This document shows, piece by piece, positions 38,764 through 51,625 of a DNA stretch of 64,000 bases (position 1 is its first letter; every line of letters begins with the position of its first letter). The position numbers and the translations under genes were made by a program. The notes under the pieces are model-generated. The model made no database searches. It worked only from the letters and a program-made list of their open reading frames with translations, and was not told the origin of the DNA. This DNA is from Camelus dromedarius (Eukaryota), in assembly GCF_036321535.1 (NCBI RefSeq), contig NC_087437.1, forward strand, positions 100,256,001-100,320,000, read 5' to 3'.

Positions 38764-41700
38764 GTGAGTGGGGGACAATTCGGTCCCTCGGGTCAGCCCG
38801 GGGGCGCTCGCTGCCTGCGGCCACCCGGGAACAATGAAGCGTGGGGGAGGGGGCGGGCGCTTTTGGGGGGCGCTGCGGCAGTGGCGGCGGTGCGCGCGGA
38901 ATTGAGCTTGGGTGATTTTGCGCGGCCGGGCTGTGGAGCCGCTGGGAAGGGAGTCCCGCAAGGTGCCCAGCGGGCACTGGAGCGGGGGACGGAGCCTCAG
39001 GATAAGGGGCGGCGGTGCAAGGGCTCCTCGGGCGCGAGTGGGTGGGCGCGGCGTGCCGGGTGCGCCTGGCGTCTCTCCCAGACTATTCTTTGCCGCGGAT
39101 GCAGGCTTTGCTTTATTTGCTCTTGCCCTCTCCGTTGTTAGCCGCAGTGTCGTCTCCGTCCAGGGTTACCCGATTTCAAAGCCTTGGGCGGCCAGTTTTC
39201 AGCTGTCGAGCAGTCCAGGCGGGGAGGCTGAATTACAAAACGCCATGATTAAATGGACACTGAGCCTTTCAGCGCCTCAAATCGTCCAGGCTACCTCTAG
39301 GAAAGAGGCGCTGAACGAACTGTAGCCTTCTTGGTCACAGAAGAGGCGAGCCCAGGCACGAGCTGTTAACTAGACGGTAACTCGATGAAGTAGACCGTGG
39401 AAAATCAAAAAGTAGGTTCCTGCAAAAATGCAGTATTGATTTCTGCAGTCCCTGGGGAAAGTGCAGAGGCTAAATTAGTAACCTCAGTTTTGAGTTTATA
39501 ATGATTTGATTCATTTTGGTGATAAGATAGGATGACTTGTACAAGGTAATTCTGAAAGGATTCGCCAAGTATATGTTCGACTGCTCCTTTCTTGGGAGGG
39601 AAAAAAAGGCATTTAAAAAATGCATGGACCTTTAGAAGGCATACTCATTTGACACTTAAAAAAACTGATCTGTTTCCATGTCAGTGTTTTAACCAGCTGA
39701 TCTTTGTTTTGTCGAAGTAAGCACTTGTCTCATTTGGGAATCAAAAGATTCATTAACAACACCCCCGCACCCCCCTCCCCCCCCACATACACACACAAAA
39801 TCCATTAAGTGGGACTCTAAGAGGCACACTTCGTGTAGCCTCCGGAAGGATGATTTTTTTTAAGCGCTGTAAAGTGAGATCGAGTGGCCCTTTCTATTGG
39901 GATGGCTCTTTGCTTCCGGTTGAAATGTTAATTCTATTGTTGGATTCCACAGCGTGAGCATTACTCATGGGATCAACATTCTATTAACAAGTCTAATCTT
40001 TGATCTGAGTCTATTGCATTACCTCCACCTTTTTAATACGTGTCATTTAGACTTGGCTGAAATTCCCAAAGTAAAGCTTCCAGAAAAGATGAAGGGTTAA
40101 TAACCATTTTACATGATACATTCCCACGTTTTTTTGATCAAGGGCTGAAATGAAGTAGAAATTGAGAACATTGTCATTGCTATGAAAAAAAAAAGTTTTA
40201 GGCTACATCTAAAGCAGAGAAGTGGAAAAACATAAACCATGTTGAGGATTTTTTTTTTCAGGTATATCAGGATAATTGTCTGGATTTCATTTTTTTCTGG
40301 ATACCTCACTTTGATAGGCACAATCTCAACCTAAGATATTTTGATACATACAGAGTCATTCTCATAAACTGTACACTAGGGTACGGTGAACATCTTTTTA
40401 AAGGACTGTTCTCTTCAACTAAGGAAGGCAACTATGTTTAATTTTCCAGCACAGGAAACAACTGAGAAACTAGTTGATACAGCTTTGAGTATTTCTTCAG
40501 AGGCTTCTTGACTCTTTAGAAATTCATTACCATGAACTCAATTTGAGTAGTAACATGATTGGATTCTATGATTGGCAAAACAACATGGAGGCTTACGTAT
40601 TTAAAAAATGCAGTGCTGTCAATGGTAGATCTTTCTCTAGATATGTCTCTATGTGGGTTGTAGAGTTTTGTGGTGTACTATGGTTGCTGATGGAGCTCTT
40701 TAATGCATTTTTATTGTCTACCTAGTAGCAAGTCACTAGTAGTAGTGGCAGCAGTGGTAGAGCAGTAGCAACAGTAGTAAAAAAGTAAAGCCTTGGCTAA
40801 GCAGTTATTAAATGCCAGGCACTGTTCTAAGGGCTTTACTCATTTAATGTACCTAGCATCCCTAGGTATCGTCTCTGCTGTACAAGTGGGGAAATAAAGG
40901 CACAGAGTAGTTGTGTAACTTAATTGCCAAGGCCACAAATTTCTTCCAGAATCTTTGCACTTATTGCTATGCTGTTCTGCCCCTAGAACAGCCACTTTCC
41001 CCTTTGATTACCTCTAATTGACATCCTTAATTTGTATCATTGGTTATCTGTCATTTATTGAGAATCTTTTATTGTTTTAACTGTGTGCCAAATGCTGAAG
41101 GCTTTTAATATTACCCTTTAATATCTTGATCTTAGTTGAATGTTTCCAGGCGCTCTGAGAACGCCAGGATTCAGGGCAACACTGGAGTTGTAAGCTAAAG
41201 TGGTCCAAGACCCAGCAGCATCCACCTGGGGGTCTTGTTAAAGTTTAGGGTGCTGCTCCTTTTCACACTGCCAACATGAGTGAAACTTAAAAAGTACTGG
41301 CCAGTGATCCTGCTCTTCCAACCATTTGTTAGCCGTTTAATGGAGGCAGGTTCCTATCCTCTCTGTGTTCCTCAGTTGCTTTATGTGTCAAGAATGGGGA
41401 TCCCGCTATATCAGTAGACATAATGGGAAATGTTTATTGTTTTGCTTTACCTGGAGTATTCTCTATATTTAAAAAAAAATGCAGGCTATTAGATGTGAAC
41501 TTTATCCCCTCCATACGCCTCTCTTAATTACATTCCTGTCACTATACTACCATCAGAGCAAAAGTTGCTTCTTCAAGACAAACCACCCTACATTGGCTCC
41601 ATATCTTATCTGTTTTGCCGTTTCCATAAAATTACCCAATACATCTCATTGCACTAGGTCAGAGGGCAGGGGCATCACCTGTGTTCATTGTTACAGTCAG

Positions 41701-41879
41701 TCCCAATGTTAGCTTATAGCACCTGGCAGATAGCAAGCATTCAGCAAATGTGTCACTGAACGTTTTCAGCCTCTTTGCCGCTAGGACTATGTGTGTGTTA
41801 CGGCTGTCAGTTCCATCTCTCTCTCCCTCCTCATCCAAAAAAGGTTATCCACTAGTGATTATTCATTCCATTAATGTTG

Positions 41880-44100
41880 GGCTAAAGAAGTTAAGCTTAT
41901 GCTTTGTCTGTGACCACATGATTCTGTCCTACCTCCCTGCTTCAGTTGTCAAAAGTATCAGTAACCACATGCCAAATCCATGTATTTTTTCAGAGCTCCT
42001 TGATACCTTTTTTGGTTCTTTCCTGCTCTGTTAACCTACTCTCCACTACCTTCTACAGTAGTTTCCTTAAATGTTGGCCTACCCCGGGATTTGGCCCGTA
42101 GCTCTCTTCTCAATCTGTCTTAAACCTGGGCGACTTCATCTATCCATCGCTGTATCCTCCAAGTAGTTGCTAATACTTAAAAATGTTGCCAGCTCACCTC
42201 TCCTTTGGATTCTGGGCCACGATTTCCAGCCGCCAACATTCCACTTCCACCTGAATGCACTTGAGTACCTCCGGCCCTGCAGGTACTCAGCTGAACTTAC
42301 CATTAATTAATTGATTAAATGATCTAGTCTTTCAAATATTGTTGGCTGTGCTAGATGTTCCTACAGTAGTACAGGATTTTTGCAAGATGCAAAATATTTG
42401 ATAGACTATTCCCAGTAGATGGAGATCTGAAGGGGTATGGTGCATCTTGGGAGCTGAGAAGTTCAGCACATATGAATCATCTAACGAGTGCTTCTCAAAC
42501 TTTTGATGTGCTCTTGTGTCGTTACAAGAAAGTATGACGTGGAGCTTGAGGTTTTGCATTTTAACAGGTTCCACATGATGTCACTACTGTTTACACTAGA
42601 CGTAAAGATTGTGCCAGGAGCTTAGGAGACAATCGCTGTCAGGTTATGTGTTGTCAAGGCCCCCACCCCAGCAGTGGCACTAAGAAGCTTGCAGAGGTGG
42701 TTACAGGAGTGAGGTTGTACATTGACATTTGTTCTCTCGAATGGGGCAGCTCTTGGCAGCAGTTCTGGAACCAACAGATCTAATGCAGGAAGCCAGCTGG
42801 GATGACCTGGGCATAAGCAGTCCCTGTTGAAACACAGCCAAATGGCACTGGGCTCCCCCTTTCATCTGGAAGGTTGTTTTGAGGGAAATGCAGTGGAATC
42901 TGGTATCTGGTTGACTGAATGAGAGGCAAGAAGTTGGAGGGAAGTGATACGATTTCTGGCTTGCTTGGATGGTGGGTGACATCAGGAATCTACAGGAAAT
43001 AAAGAAAAGAGAAGCAAGTTTTAGGGAGATGACAGTGGGCTTAGGTTTGGCCAGGTTGTATTTGTGGTGCCTGAGAGGAACGGAAGTAAAAGATAGATAT
43101 CCAGTAGGAAGTTGGTAAGTGAAGGATTAGATCTCAGGAGAGAGGGAAAGATGGGTGATGCAGAATTGCGAATGACTGCTGATAGGTGGCAGCTGTGTAA
43201 GGTTACCAGGAAAAGCAGGCAGGACTAGAAGAGAAAGTGAAATGTGATGCTGGGGAACTTCACCCTCTAACAAGGAGGCAGGAGGTGAGGAACCTGGGAA
43301 CTAAAGAGTGATAAGGAATGCAGGAGAACCAGAAGATGAAGGTGTCCCAGAAACTGATGATGAAACGAGGCCAATGGGTGTTACATTAGGAGGTTATTGA
43401 GATCATTCAAGTAGTTATCGATTCTAGAGGGAGGACAGTTTCTGTACTGGGAATAAAGCTAGATTTTAATAGACTGAGTGGGCGTCAGGTAAGTAGAGAA
43501 TAAGATATGACTTTGCACTTGCGGTTGGTTTAATAGTGCATGTTGCACATATGGCCTTAATTCCAAGGGGGCAGAGTCCATGGGAGAAGCCGGCAGATAA
43601 CTAACTTCTAGCTACCCAGACTTAGAACCGTGTTCACGTGATCGTTCTTTCATAAAACAGTGTGTTCCTCTTTACACTCATTCCTGGACTTAACCTTCAA
43701 AGCTTCTCAAGGATATCACTCTCCTATCCCATCCCTTACCTTAGGATCCCATCAACTGTAACAAAGCTGAAGTACCCCTCATGTGCCTTCGGCCCTTCTG
43801 CCCCTCCTTCAGTGCGGCCTGGCCTCTCCTTTTCTCCACTGGATTTCTTGAAGGAGTTGCCGGCATTTGCTGACTCCATTATTTTCCTTCATTTCCAGGA
43901 ATTTTTCTTCCTTTACAGTCTGAGACCCTCCCTCCTCTACTCCTGTGAAACTGCAGTGGCCACTGTGGCTGCATCCAGTGGACACGTTGCACCTTCAGCC
44001 TCTTAGCCCAGCCCTTTCGGCGAGAATGGCTCTGTTGATTAGCCTCTTTTCCCCTTGAGCTATTCCTCATTTTTCTTTGCGGGCCCACGTTCTCTGTGTG
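41880..44100. mobile_element. Cluster of degraded L2 fragments in CXADR intron 1
   Basis: L2-like pyrimidine- and purine-skewed segments in both orientations; similar relics at ~23490-23900, 24660-25110 and 47780-48350. Confidence 0.5.
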
Positions 44101-46139
44101 CTGTAAATGTCAGTTTCTGGATTCAGTTACCATTTATGTCCTTACAGCTTCCAGTCTGTTTCTAGTCCCACTCTCTCAAAGCTTTGCCCGTAATGTCAAA
44201 CCACACACATGACATCTTTGCTTAGACTTGTTGAACCTGTCAATACACCACTGTCCCGTCTCACATTAAATGGCATTTTGAGGCACCAAAATGCCCAGGG
44301 AGGAATCTGGGTACCTTACTCTACTTGTCCTGTTCTCTCACCAGCTTACATACAGCTTCTAAGTCACTGTAACCCTCTACTCACAGTTCGCCTTATACCA
44401 TCATCTGTTAAGATGGTTGAAATGGCTTCCTAATTGGCCTCTGATTAAGTGAGTGAATAAATGGGGAAAGATGTACTAGGCAGGTATTTGAATCTCCTGT
44501 TTGCAGCCTCTTCTCCCCCTCCCTCCTTTTCTGCCTTTCTGCTGTCCTACACAAATCATTTTCAGGTGTAATTAAATAACAGCAAGAATGGAGATTGGGA
44601 GCTTTTGATTTGCTCCATTTGGTGGTCAGCAAGTAGTGAATGTGAACTTTAATGATTATTAAAGTAATTAATTATTAAAGTAACCCGGGAAATAATTTGA
44701 AATTATCTAACTAAAATGAGGTTATGCCTTTATCTCACTGACTTTCATCTACCTTGCATTTTTAAAGAAAACAAATCTAATGATACAGAATAATTGTTAG
44801 ACTGGCTTTGGAATTGAATTGGTTTCTATTAGGAGTGTGATGCTAAGGAGAAGTAAAGAGCAGTAGCTTCTGGCTCTCTGCTTTATCTTCTGTTTAATTT
44901 CTTCGGTGGGGCTGAGATGGTGGAGTGAGGCAGGCAGGAGAATGTCACCCTGGCACAGTGAAGTGATCTGTCCTGGAAGCTGGTAGTTCGTGGCTTGGTG
45001 ATCTCTTGGGGCTCTATTACTGGTATTTCTTTGTAATTTGTGCACTTTGTTGAATCCATTGCTGTCTCTATGTAAAAGAAAAATGTGTAGGAAGTTGAAA
45101 ATGTTTCTGCATTCAGTGGCAAAATGGTGACTTAGAGGGACATACTACTTCTGTGGGCTTTCCCTCCCCTCATTGACTCACCCTTCCTTTCTGGCTTCTA
45201 ATAATGAGTTAGCCAATTAAAGTTTAAGCCTTAAAGGCCTGAGCTTGACACAGCAGTATTTGCAGTTTATTTTAATCGGCAGCGTTCTGGTAAAAGACTA
45301 TTGCCTGCTCTGTTGATAAGGAAAAGTAGGGTAAGCGGGTGAGATAATAACAGTCTATTTTTAGGGTAGGTGTGAGATCAGTGACATGGTTCAATTTGTC
45401 TTTCATAGTTGGTGAGAAAATGGTTTAATAGTCAAATTAACCAATGTTTATGCCTATTAATACAATGCATATGTCTTTAGAGACTGTTAAATCACTTTTG
45501 CCCTTTCAAAATATTTCACAAGTTGGAATGGGAATGACTGATTTCATTTGCTTATAAGAAATAAAACTGTTTAGATTTCAAGAAGCAGCAACATAACTAA
45601 TCATGGTTACTTTTTCACTTTCCCATGGTATAGCTGGATGTGCTATGAGAGTTTTATAGATTTCTCCAAAGGAAGGATGATTTGGCTGTATGGATAAAAA
45701 TGCTCTCAAGGAATACGCGGTTACAGTGGAATCAAATGTGTTGAGCCACGTCTTTGTTGAATTGTTAGAGTGACTCTGATTCCCCAGTGAGGAGTGCTTT
45801 GAACTCTTGAATACAGGTCAATTCCCATGGGCTTTTTCTTTAATGGACCAGACAAAAACTTTCAAGTGTCTTGTGCCCTGAATAATTCTACAGTAAGAAT
45901 TGAGAAGGCTCTTTAACCTACTTGGTTGTACAATGTGAAATCTGATACTTTTAGAATGAACTGGTAACTCTGGACAAGAAATGTGATCTTAGTGTGTTTT
46001 CTAAGACAGTTTCAGACACATCTCATTTGAATCCACTCTCCTGACACTATGAGTAGGAAGGATACATTATGTTTTTTTTTTATAGGAATCAAGTCGTAAA
46101 GCCAAGACCTAAATCCAGTAAATTATGGCATTGATCCAG

Positions 46140-46405
46140 ACAGTGCTGTCCTAGTAGAAATACAATGCAAGCCACATATATCATTTAAATTTTTCTGGTA
46201 GTCACATTTAAAAGTGAGAAAAGGTGAAATTAATCTAGATATAGTTTATTTAACCCAATGTATACACAAAATATTATTTCCATATGCAATCAAATTGAAC
46301 ATTAATAAGAATTAAATTATAGCACATCTCAGTTTGCTCTAGCCACATTTCACCTGCTCAGTAGCCATGTGTGGCTAGCAGATATCCTGTTGGTCAGCGC
46401 AGGTC
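46140..46405. mobile_element. hAT-Charlie MITE (MER33/MER3-like)
   Basis: cagtgctgtcc...tagccacatt...gtggctag...ggtcagcgcag. Confidence 0.7.
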
Positions 46406-48414
46406 TACAACTTGGAGCTTTTTGTTCCAGTCACTTTCCTTTATATCTAGTTTCAGAACATACTAACTAAAATAGCATGAGTGTGATTTGCCCACCAAAA
46501 CAGCTTTGTCAAATGGGATGTGCCTTTGGAATTGCTTCCTTGAGGTTTTATCTTAAATAATTATTTGTGTCACATTGTATTCCTGTTGGTAACAAGTTAA
46601 AGTCTCTTGTTTCTTACTAGTTTCTTGTAATCATCAGAGGATTTGTTACACACAAAAAATATAACTATCGAATAAAGATAGTTATAGGCATTTGCATTTT
46701 AGGTATAAGGCAGACCAAACAAGTATATGGACAAAAATAATACTTTTAACTTGCCTTTAAGGAAAGTAAATGCATTTATGGAGAGATGGAAAGTAAGGAT
46801 AGAGGGGTCCCCAGTGATGATTACTAGGGAAATGTGAATTCATTTTGGGATATTTGAACGGAAATACTGCCAAGATTGAGGCAATCAAGGTAGACATACA
46901 ACAGGGATATGATTTTTTTTTATTGTAACTAACCTTTTCTTTATTAACTTCAGGATTTTCCGTATGTAGATAACATTTTTTGCTTTACTATTATGTCTCT
47001 TTGCTTTCTTATTTTCTGTAATGCCACCTTTATAAGACACTTCACCTGAGTTTGTTTTTGCCAAGTAGTCACTTTTCCTGTTCATGTTAATTAAAGGAAT
47101 AGAACAGAGCCTGAGGTTTTTAGAGCAAGGAGGCAAAGGCAGATTTCTTTAAATGGAGTGATACATACCATTCTATGAAGGTGATGAAAATATTCACCAT
47201 GGCAACGGATCTGCTTTACCCATAATGCAAAATACTCTATTTGCATTTGTTTTGCCAGAGAATTCTGAAATTAGCATCTTTGTATTAGAGAATGTGGGGA
47301 AGGTAATATACTACATAGATTGAGGAAAGGTTGAGACTTAGTTTTTAATCAGAAATGAAATTGAATGCTTTCCTGAGACGAGTGTGTCTGTGTCTGTGTG
47401 TTTGAGGGGAGGGAGGAAGAGATGGGTCACAATCCAGTTCAACAAATACAGAAAGCCTATCTGCATGTTCACATTCTTAACTGAATGTGTAATGGCTTTA
47501 CATTATAATTTACACTTTTCCCTGGTCCTGGTTTATAAATTATACACTAAATTTCTTATACAGAACCTCAATTCCTGTGGAAGAAGTTTGGGGGTAGATA
47601 AATAGTAAGTACGTGTGGGCGAGGCCCTGTAGTGGGTGCTTCAGGGGACACGAAGAGGACACCATTCCAGTACTGTGGGCGAGCTTCAGTGCGGAGTACT
47701 CAGCAGAGCAGGGGATGGATCCAAGCAGATGTGCCATGTGATGTAAAAACCATGTGATTTTCTGCTTATTCTCTTGGGGGCCCACTGGCTCTCCAGACTG
47801 TGTTTCCCCTTCACCTTGTATGCCAACCCTTCAGCCCTTGAGACTCCTGCCCACTGCTTATATCAGACTTCTGGTTGCTTCTCCACATTGACCAAAAAAT
47901 GCCTTGCCTCGTGCTACAGCCCTCCCACCCCCATATCATAGCATCTTGGCATTTTAGGATTTTCCTGCTATAGCTCACTTTTCTAACATCTTTACACCAC
48001 AGTCCCTTGACCTCAGATACAGTGATTTTCTATCCATTTCGTTTAGGCAACCCTCTCTTTATACTTAGTTCTTCCTCTGAAATCTTGAACTCTACTGTCA
48101 CTGCCTCCCAGCTTTCTCAAACTTCCGTCACACTCTCTTGCTGTCAGTGAGATCTCTGGGCTCTTACTCTTCCACCCCGTTTCTGGCCTTCCGATTACTT
48201 TAAACGATGTTTTCTTCACTAATCCCAGGTCCCATTGTCAGATGTCAGCTCCCATCTCTGATGTAGATCAGTCCTACAGCCACTTTCTTTGCCTCTGCTC
48301 ATGGGCTGATGCATTGGGCTGGTGTACGTTGGGGAGATAGTTCTTGCTGTTTGATTTGGCTAGACTTTTTTTTTTTTAAAGTACTTTGTAAAGCATAAAA
48401 ACATTATATATGTA

Positions 48415-48850
48415 TTTTTTTAATTGAAGTATAGTTGATTTACAGTGTTGTCTTAATTTCAGGTGTAAAGCAAAGTTGGTTCAGTTGTGTGTGTGTGTGT
48501 GTATATATGTGTATATATATATATGTATATATATATATATACACACATATATATATGCTTTTTCAGATTCTTTACCATTATAGCTTATTACAAGATACTG
48601 AATATAGTTCCCTGTGCTATACAGTAGGTCTTTGTTGTTTAAGAACATTTTATATATATAGTATATATGTATTTAAAATTTTTTATTGAAGTGCAATTGA
48701 TTTACAATGTTAGTTTCAGATGTACAGCACAGTGATTCAGTTATACATATACATACACACATTTTTTTTTCCTTTCAGATCCTTTTCTATTATGTTATTC
48801 CAAGGAATTGAATATAGTTCCTGTGCTCTACAGTCGTTCCTTGTTGTTTA
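48415..48850 (-). mobile_element. Two tandem short L1 3'-tail copies, the first with a (TG)n/(TA)n microsatellite
   Basis: attgaagt...ttgatttaca...gaatatagttcc...cttgttgttt repeated twice. Confidence 0.85.
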
Positions 48851-48929
48851 AGGACATTATATTTTTAACAAAGACAAAACTAAAACAATCTTTTCTAGTT
48901 CCTTCAGCTCTTTTAAATTTCATTTTTAA

Positions 48930-49620
48930 GTAAGCCTTTTATTTGAAGCATGATGTTCATACACAGGAAAGCATGCAGTTTAGAGCATTATCCACCAGTG
49001 TACAGGTGAGAGTATTATCAGAAGCAGACACATCTATGCAGTTGTCACCCAGACCAAGAAATAACACATAACCCACAACTCAGAAGTCTCCTCACGCCCC
49101 TGCAGTCACTTCCTTTACTGTCTTCTGGTTTCCAATAGTATAGGTCACATTAACATTTTATATAAATGGAATTACACAGTATATGTTTTTTGTGTAACCT
49201 TCACTTAAACTGTCGTGTTTGTAAGATTATTCATGCTGTGTAGCTGTAGTTTATTCATTTGCGTTGCTGTATGGTGTTCTATTGTTTGTGTGACTCTCCC
49301 ACCATTGATTTACCCGTTCTACTGTTGACAGACGCTTTTTTCCCTCCAGTTTTTGCTGTTGTGAAAAACGCTGCTGTGATGTCCTCAGGCTTGTGTTTTA
49401 GTGCATGTGTGCATACACTTCTCTAACTACCGTTGGAGTTTCTGGGGTCCCAGAGATTATCCGTCTGTTTGGCTGTAGGAGGTAACTGCCAGATGTTTTC
49501 CGAAGTTAGTTGTACCAGTTGGCATTCCCATCATTAGAGCATGAGAGTTGCTCCACATCCTCATCATAGCCTTTTTTCATTTTGGCTGTTCTGGTGGGTG
49601 TGTAGTGCCACATCATTTTT
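48930..49620 (-). mobile_element. Old L1 (L1M) 3' region
   Basis: tatataaatggaattacacagtat...ttgctccacatcctc antisense L1 motifs. Confidence 0.65.
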
Positions 49621-50258
49621 TTTTTTTAACATTTCTATTATGGAAAATTTTAAATAAATATAAAGCTAGAAAGAAGGGTATGATAAACCCCAGTGTGTCT
49701 TTGCTCAGCTTCCTCCGCTGTCACATCCCCGTTGGACCTGTGGCACCGTTTTGCAGTCCTTCACTTCTCCCATTCCTCCTCACCTGTTTCAGACTTGAAA
49801 CTGTCTCCAAAACTCCTCTACCCACATCTGTTCTGCCTGTTTTATTCTAAGTAAATGCTGTCTGCCTCCTTTGTCGTGGAGGAGATGGAGGCGATCAGGT
49901 ACAAACTCCCTTAATTTCTTGTGCTTCAGTGTATAGATTTGTCCATAATTGTACCGGTCCTCTTAGTCCTTCCCTTGAGTCTTATTTACAGCTGCCTTAT
50001 CCCCTCTTTTCTAGGTCTCATTCTTTTCTGGGGTTTTGATCCTTAGGTCCTTGAGAATTATATGTGTTTTTAACTTGCTCTTTCCTTGTGAGTTATAAAC
50101 ATGCTCTACAGTTCTCATTCAAAACAGCCTTTCCTTGACCACACATCACACTCTGCTATTTTTCTCCTGCTCTTAAGAGCCGTGTTCCTCAGAACAGCAG
50201 TCACTTCTGTCTCTACTCACGTACACCTCAACCTCTGTAGTTAAATAATCCTATTGCA

Positions 50259-50428
50259 ACAACAAGGTCCTACTGTATAGCACAGGGAACTATACTCAGT
50301 ATCTTGTAATAACTTACAATGGAAAAGAATCTGAAAAAGAATAGATATCTACATGTATACCTGAATCTCTGCTGTACACCGGAAACTAACACATCATTGT
50401 AAATCAACTATACTTCAATTAAAAAAAA
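50259..50428 (+). mobile_element. Short L1 3'-tail insertion with TSD
   Basis: Flanked by aatcctattgcaac / aatcctgttgcaac. Confidence 0.85.
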
Positions 50429-50529
50429 TCCTGTTGCAACCTTCTCCGCCCACCCCCCACCCCCAAGCCTTCACTAAATCAGATTTGGTCTATGTCAGCA
50501 ATTGGATTCTTTTTTTTTTTTTAATTCTT

Positions 50530-51625
50530 ATCTTTTATTGAAGAGTAGTCAGTTTATAGTGTTAGTTTCAGGTGTACAGCAAAGCAATTCAATTATCCAT
50601 ATACACACACACATACATGTATTTTCCAGTTTATTTTCCATTATGGCTTATCACAAGAAATTGAATGTAGTTCCTTGTGCTATATAGCATAAATTTGTTA
50701 TTTATCTATTTTATATACAGTAATGTGTATCTGTTAATTCCAAATGCCTAATCTATTCCCCTTCCCCTCCGCCACCATAACCACAGTTTGTTTTCTATGT
50801 TTGTGAGTATTTTTGGCTTGCAGCTAAAATTTGTATCTTTTTTTTTTGATTCCACATATAAGTAACATCATATGATATGTGTCTTTCTCTGTCTGACTTA
50901 CTTCACTTAATGTGATAATTTCTAGGTCCATCCATGTTGCTGCCAATGGCTGAGTCATATTCCATTTTGTGTGTGTGTGTGTGTGTGTGTACATATATAT
51001 ATATCACATCTTTATCCATTCATCTGTCGATGAACATTTAGGTTGCTTCCATGTCTTGGCTGTTGTAAATAATGCTGCTGTGAACATTGGAGTGTATGTC
51101 TTTTAGAATTATAGTTTTCTCTGGATATATGCCCAAGAATGGGATTGCTAGATCATATGGTAAGTCTATTTTTAGGTTTTTAAGGGCCCTCCATACTGTC
51201 CTCCATAGTGGCTGCACCAATTTATATTCCCACCAACAGTGTAGGAGGGTTCCTCTTTCTCTGCACCCTCTCTAGCATTCATTTGTAGACTTTTTTTCCG
51301 AGGGGAGGGCAGGTAATTAGATTCCTTTATTTATTTTTTAATGGAGGTACTGAGGATTGAACCCAGGACCTCGTGTATGCTAAGCATGCACTCTACCACT
51401 GAGCTATACTCTCCTGTGCATTTGTAGACTTTTTAATGATGGCCATTCTGACTGGTGTGAGGTGATGATACCTCGTTGTAGTTTTAATTTGCATTTCTCT
51501 AATCATCGATATTGAGCATCTTTCCATGTGCCTGTTGGCCATCTGGGTGTTTTTGGATAAATGTCTATTTAGGTCTTCTGTTCATTTTTTGATTGGGTTG
51601 CTGGTTTTTGATGTTAAGCTGTACT
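50530..51625 (-). mobile_element. 5'-truncated L1 (ORF2 C-terminus + 3' UTR), antisense to CXADR
   Basis: Minus strand translates [32 protein letters not shown] (L1 ORF2p). Confidence 0.92.
51296..51418 (-). mobile_element. tRNA-derived SINE (vic-1-like) inserted in L1
   Basis: Perfect 16-bp TSD catttgtagacttttt (51280-51295, 51419-51434). Confidence 0.9.

Larger units (their letters stand above)
38060..39400. promoter_or_regulatory. CXADR: CpG island / CXADR promoter and first exon region
   Basis: Sharp rise in GC and CpG density around exon 1; GC box GGGCGG at 38589-38594; no evident TATA box; edges approximate. Confidence 0.92.

Noticed and set aside
38390..39325. Long ORFs (212, 195, 168, 137 aa) over the promoter
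   Set aside because: Expected by-product of stop-poor GC-rich CpG-island DNA; no recognisable protein, and the real exon 1 is in another frame
6311..51418. tRNA-like sequences as tRNA genes
   Set aside because: They have AT-rich tails, TSDs and degenerate stems typical of SINEs
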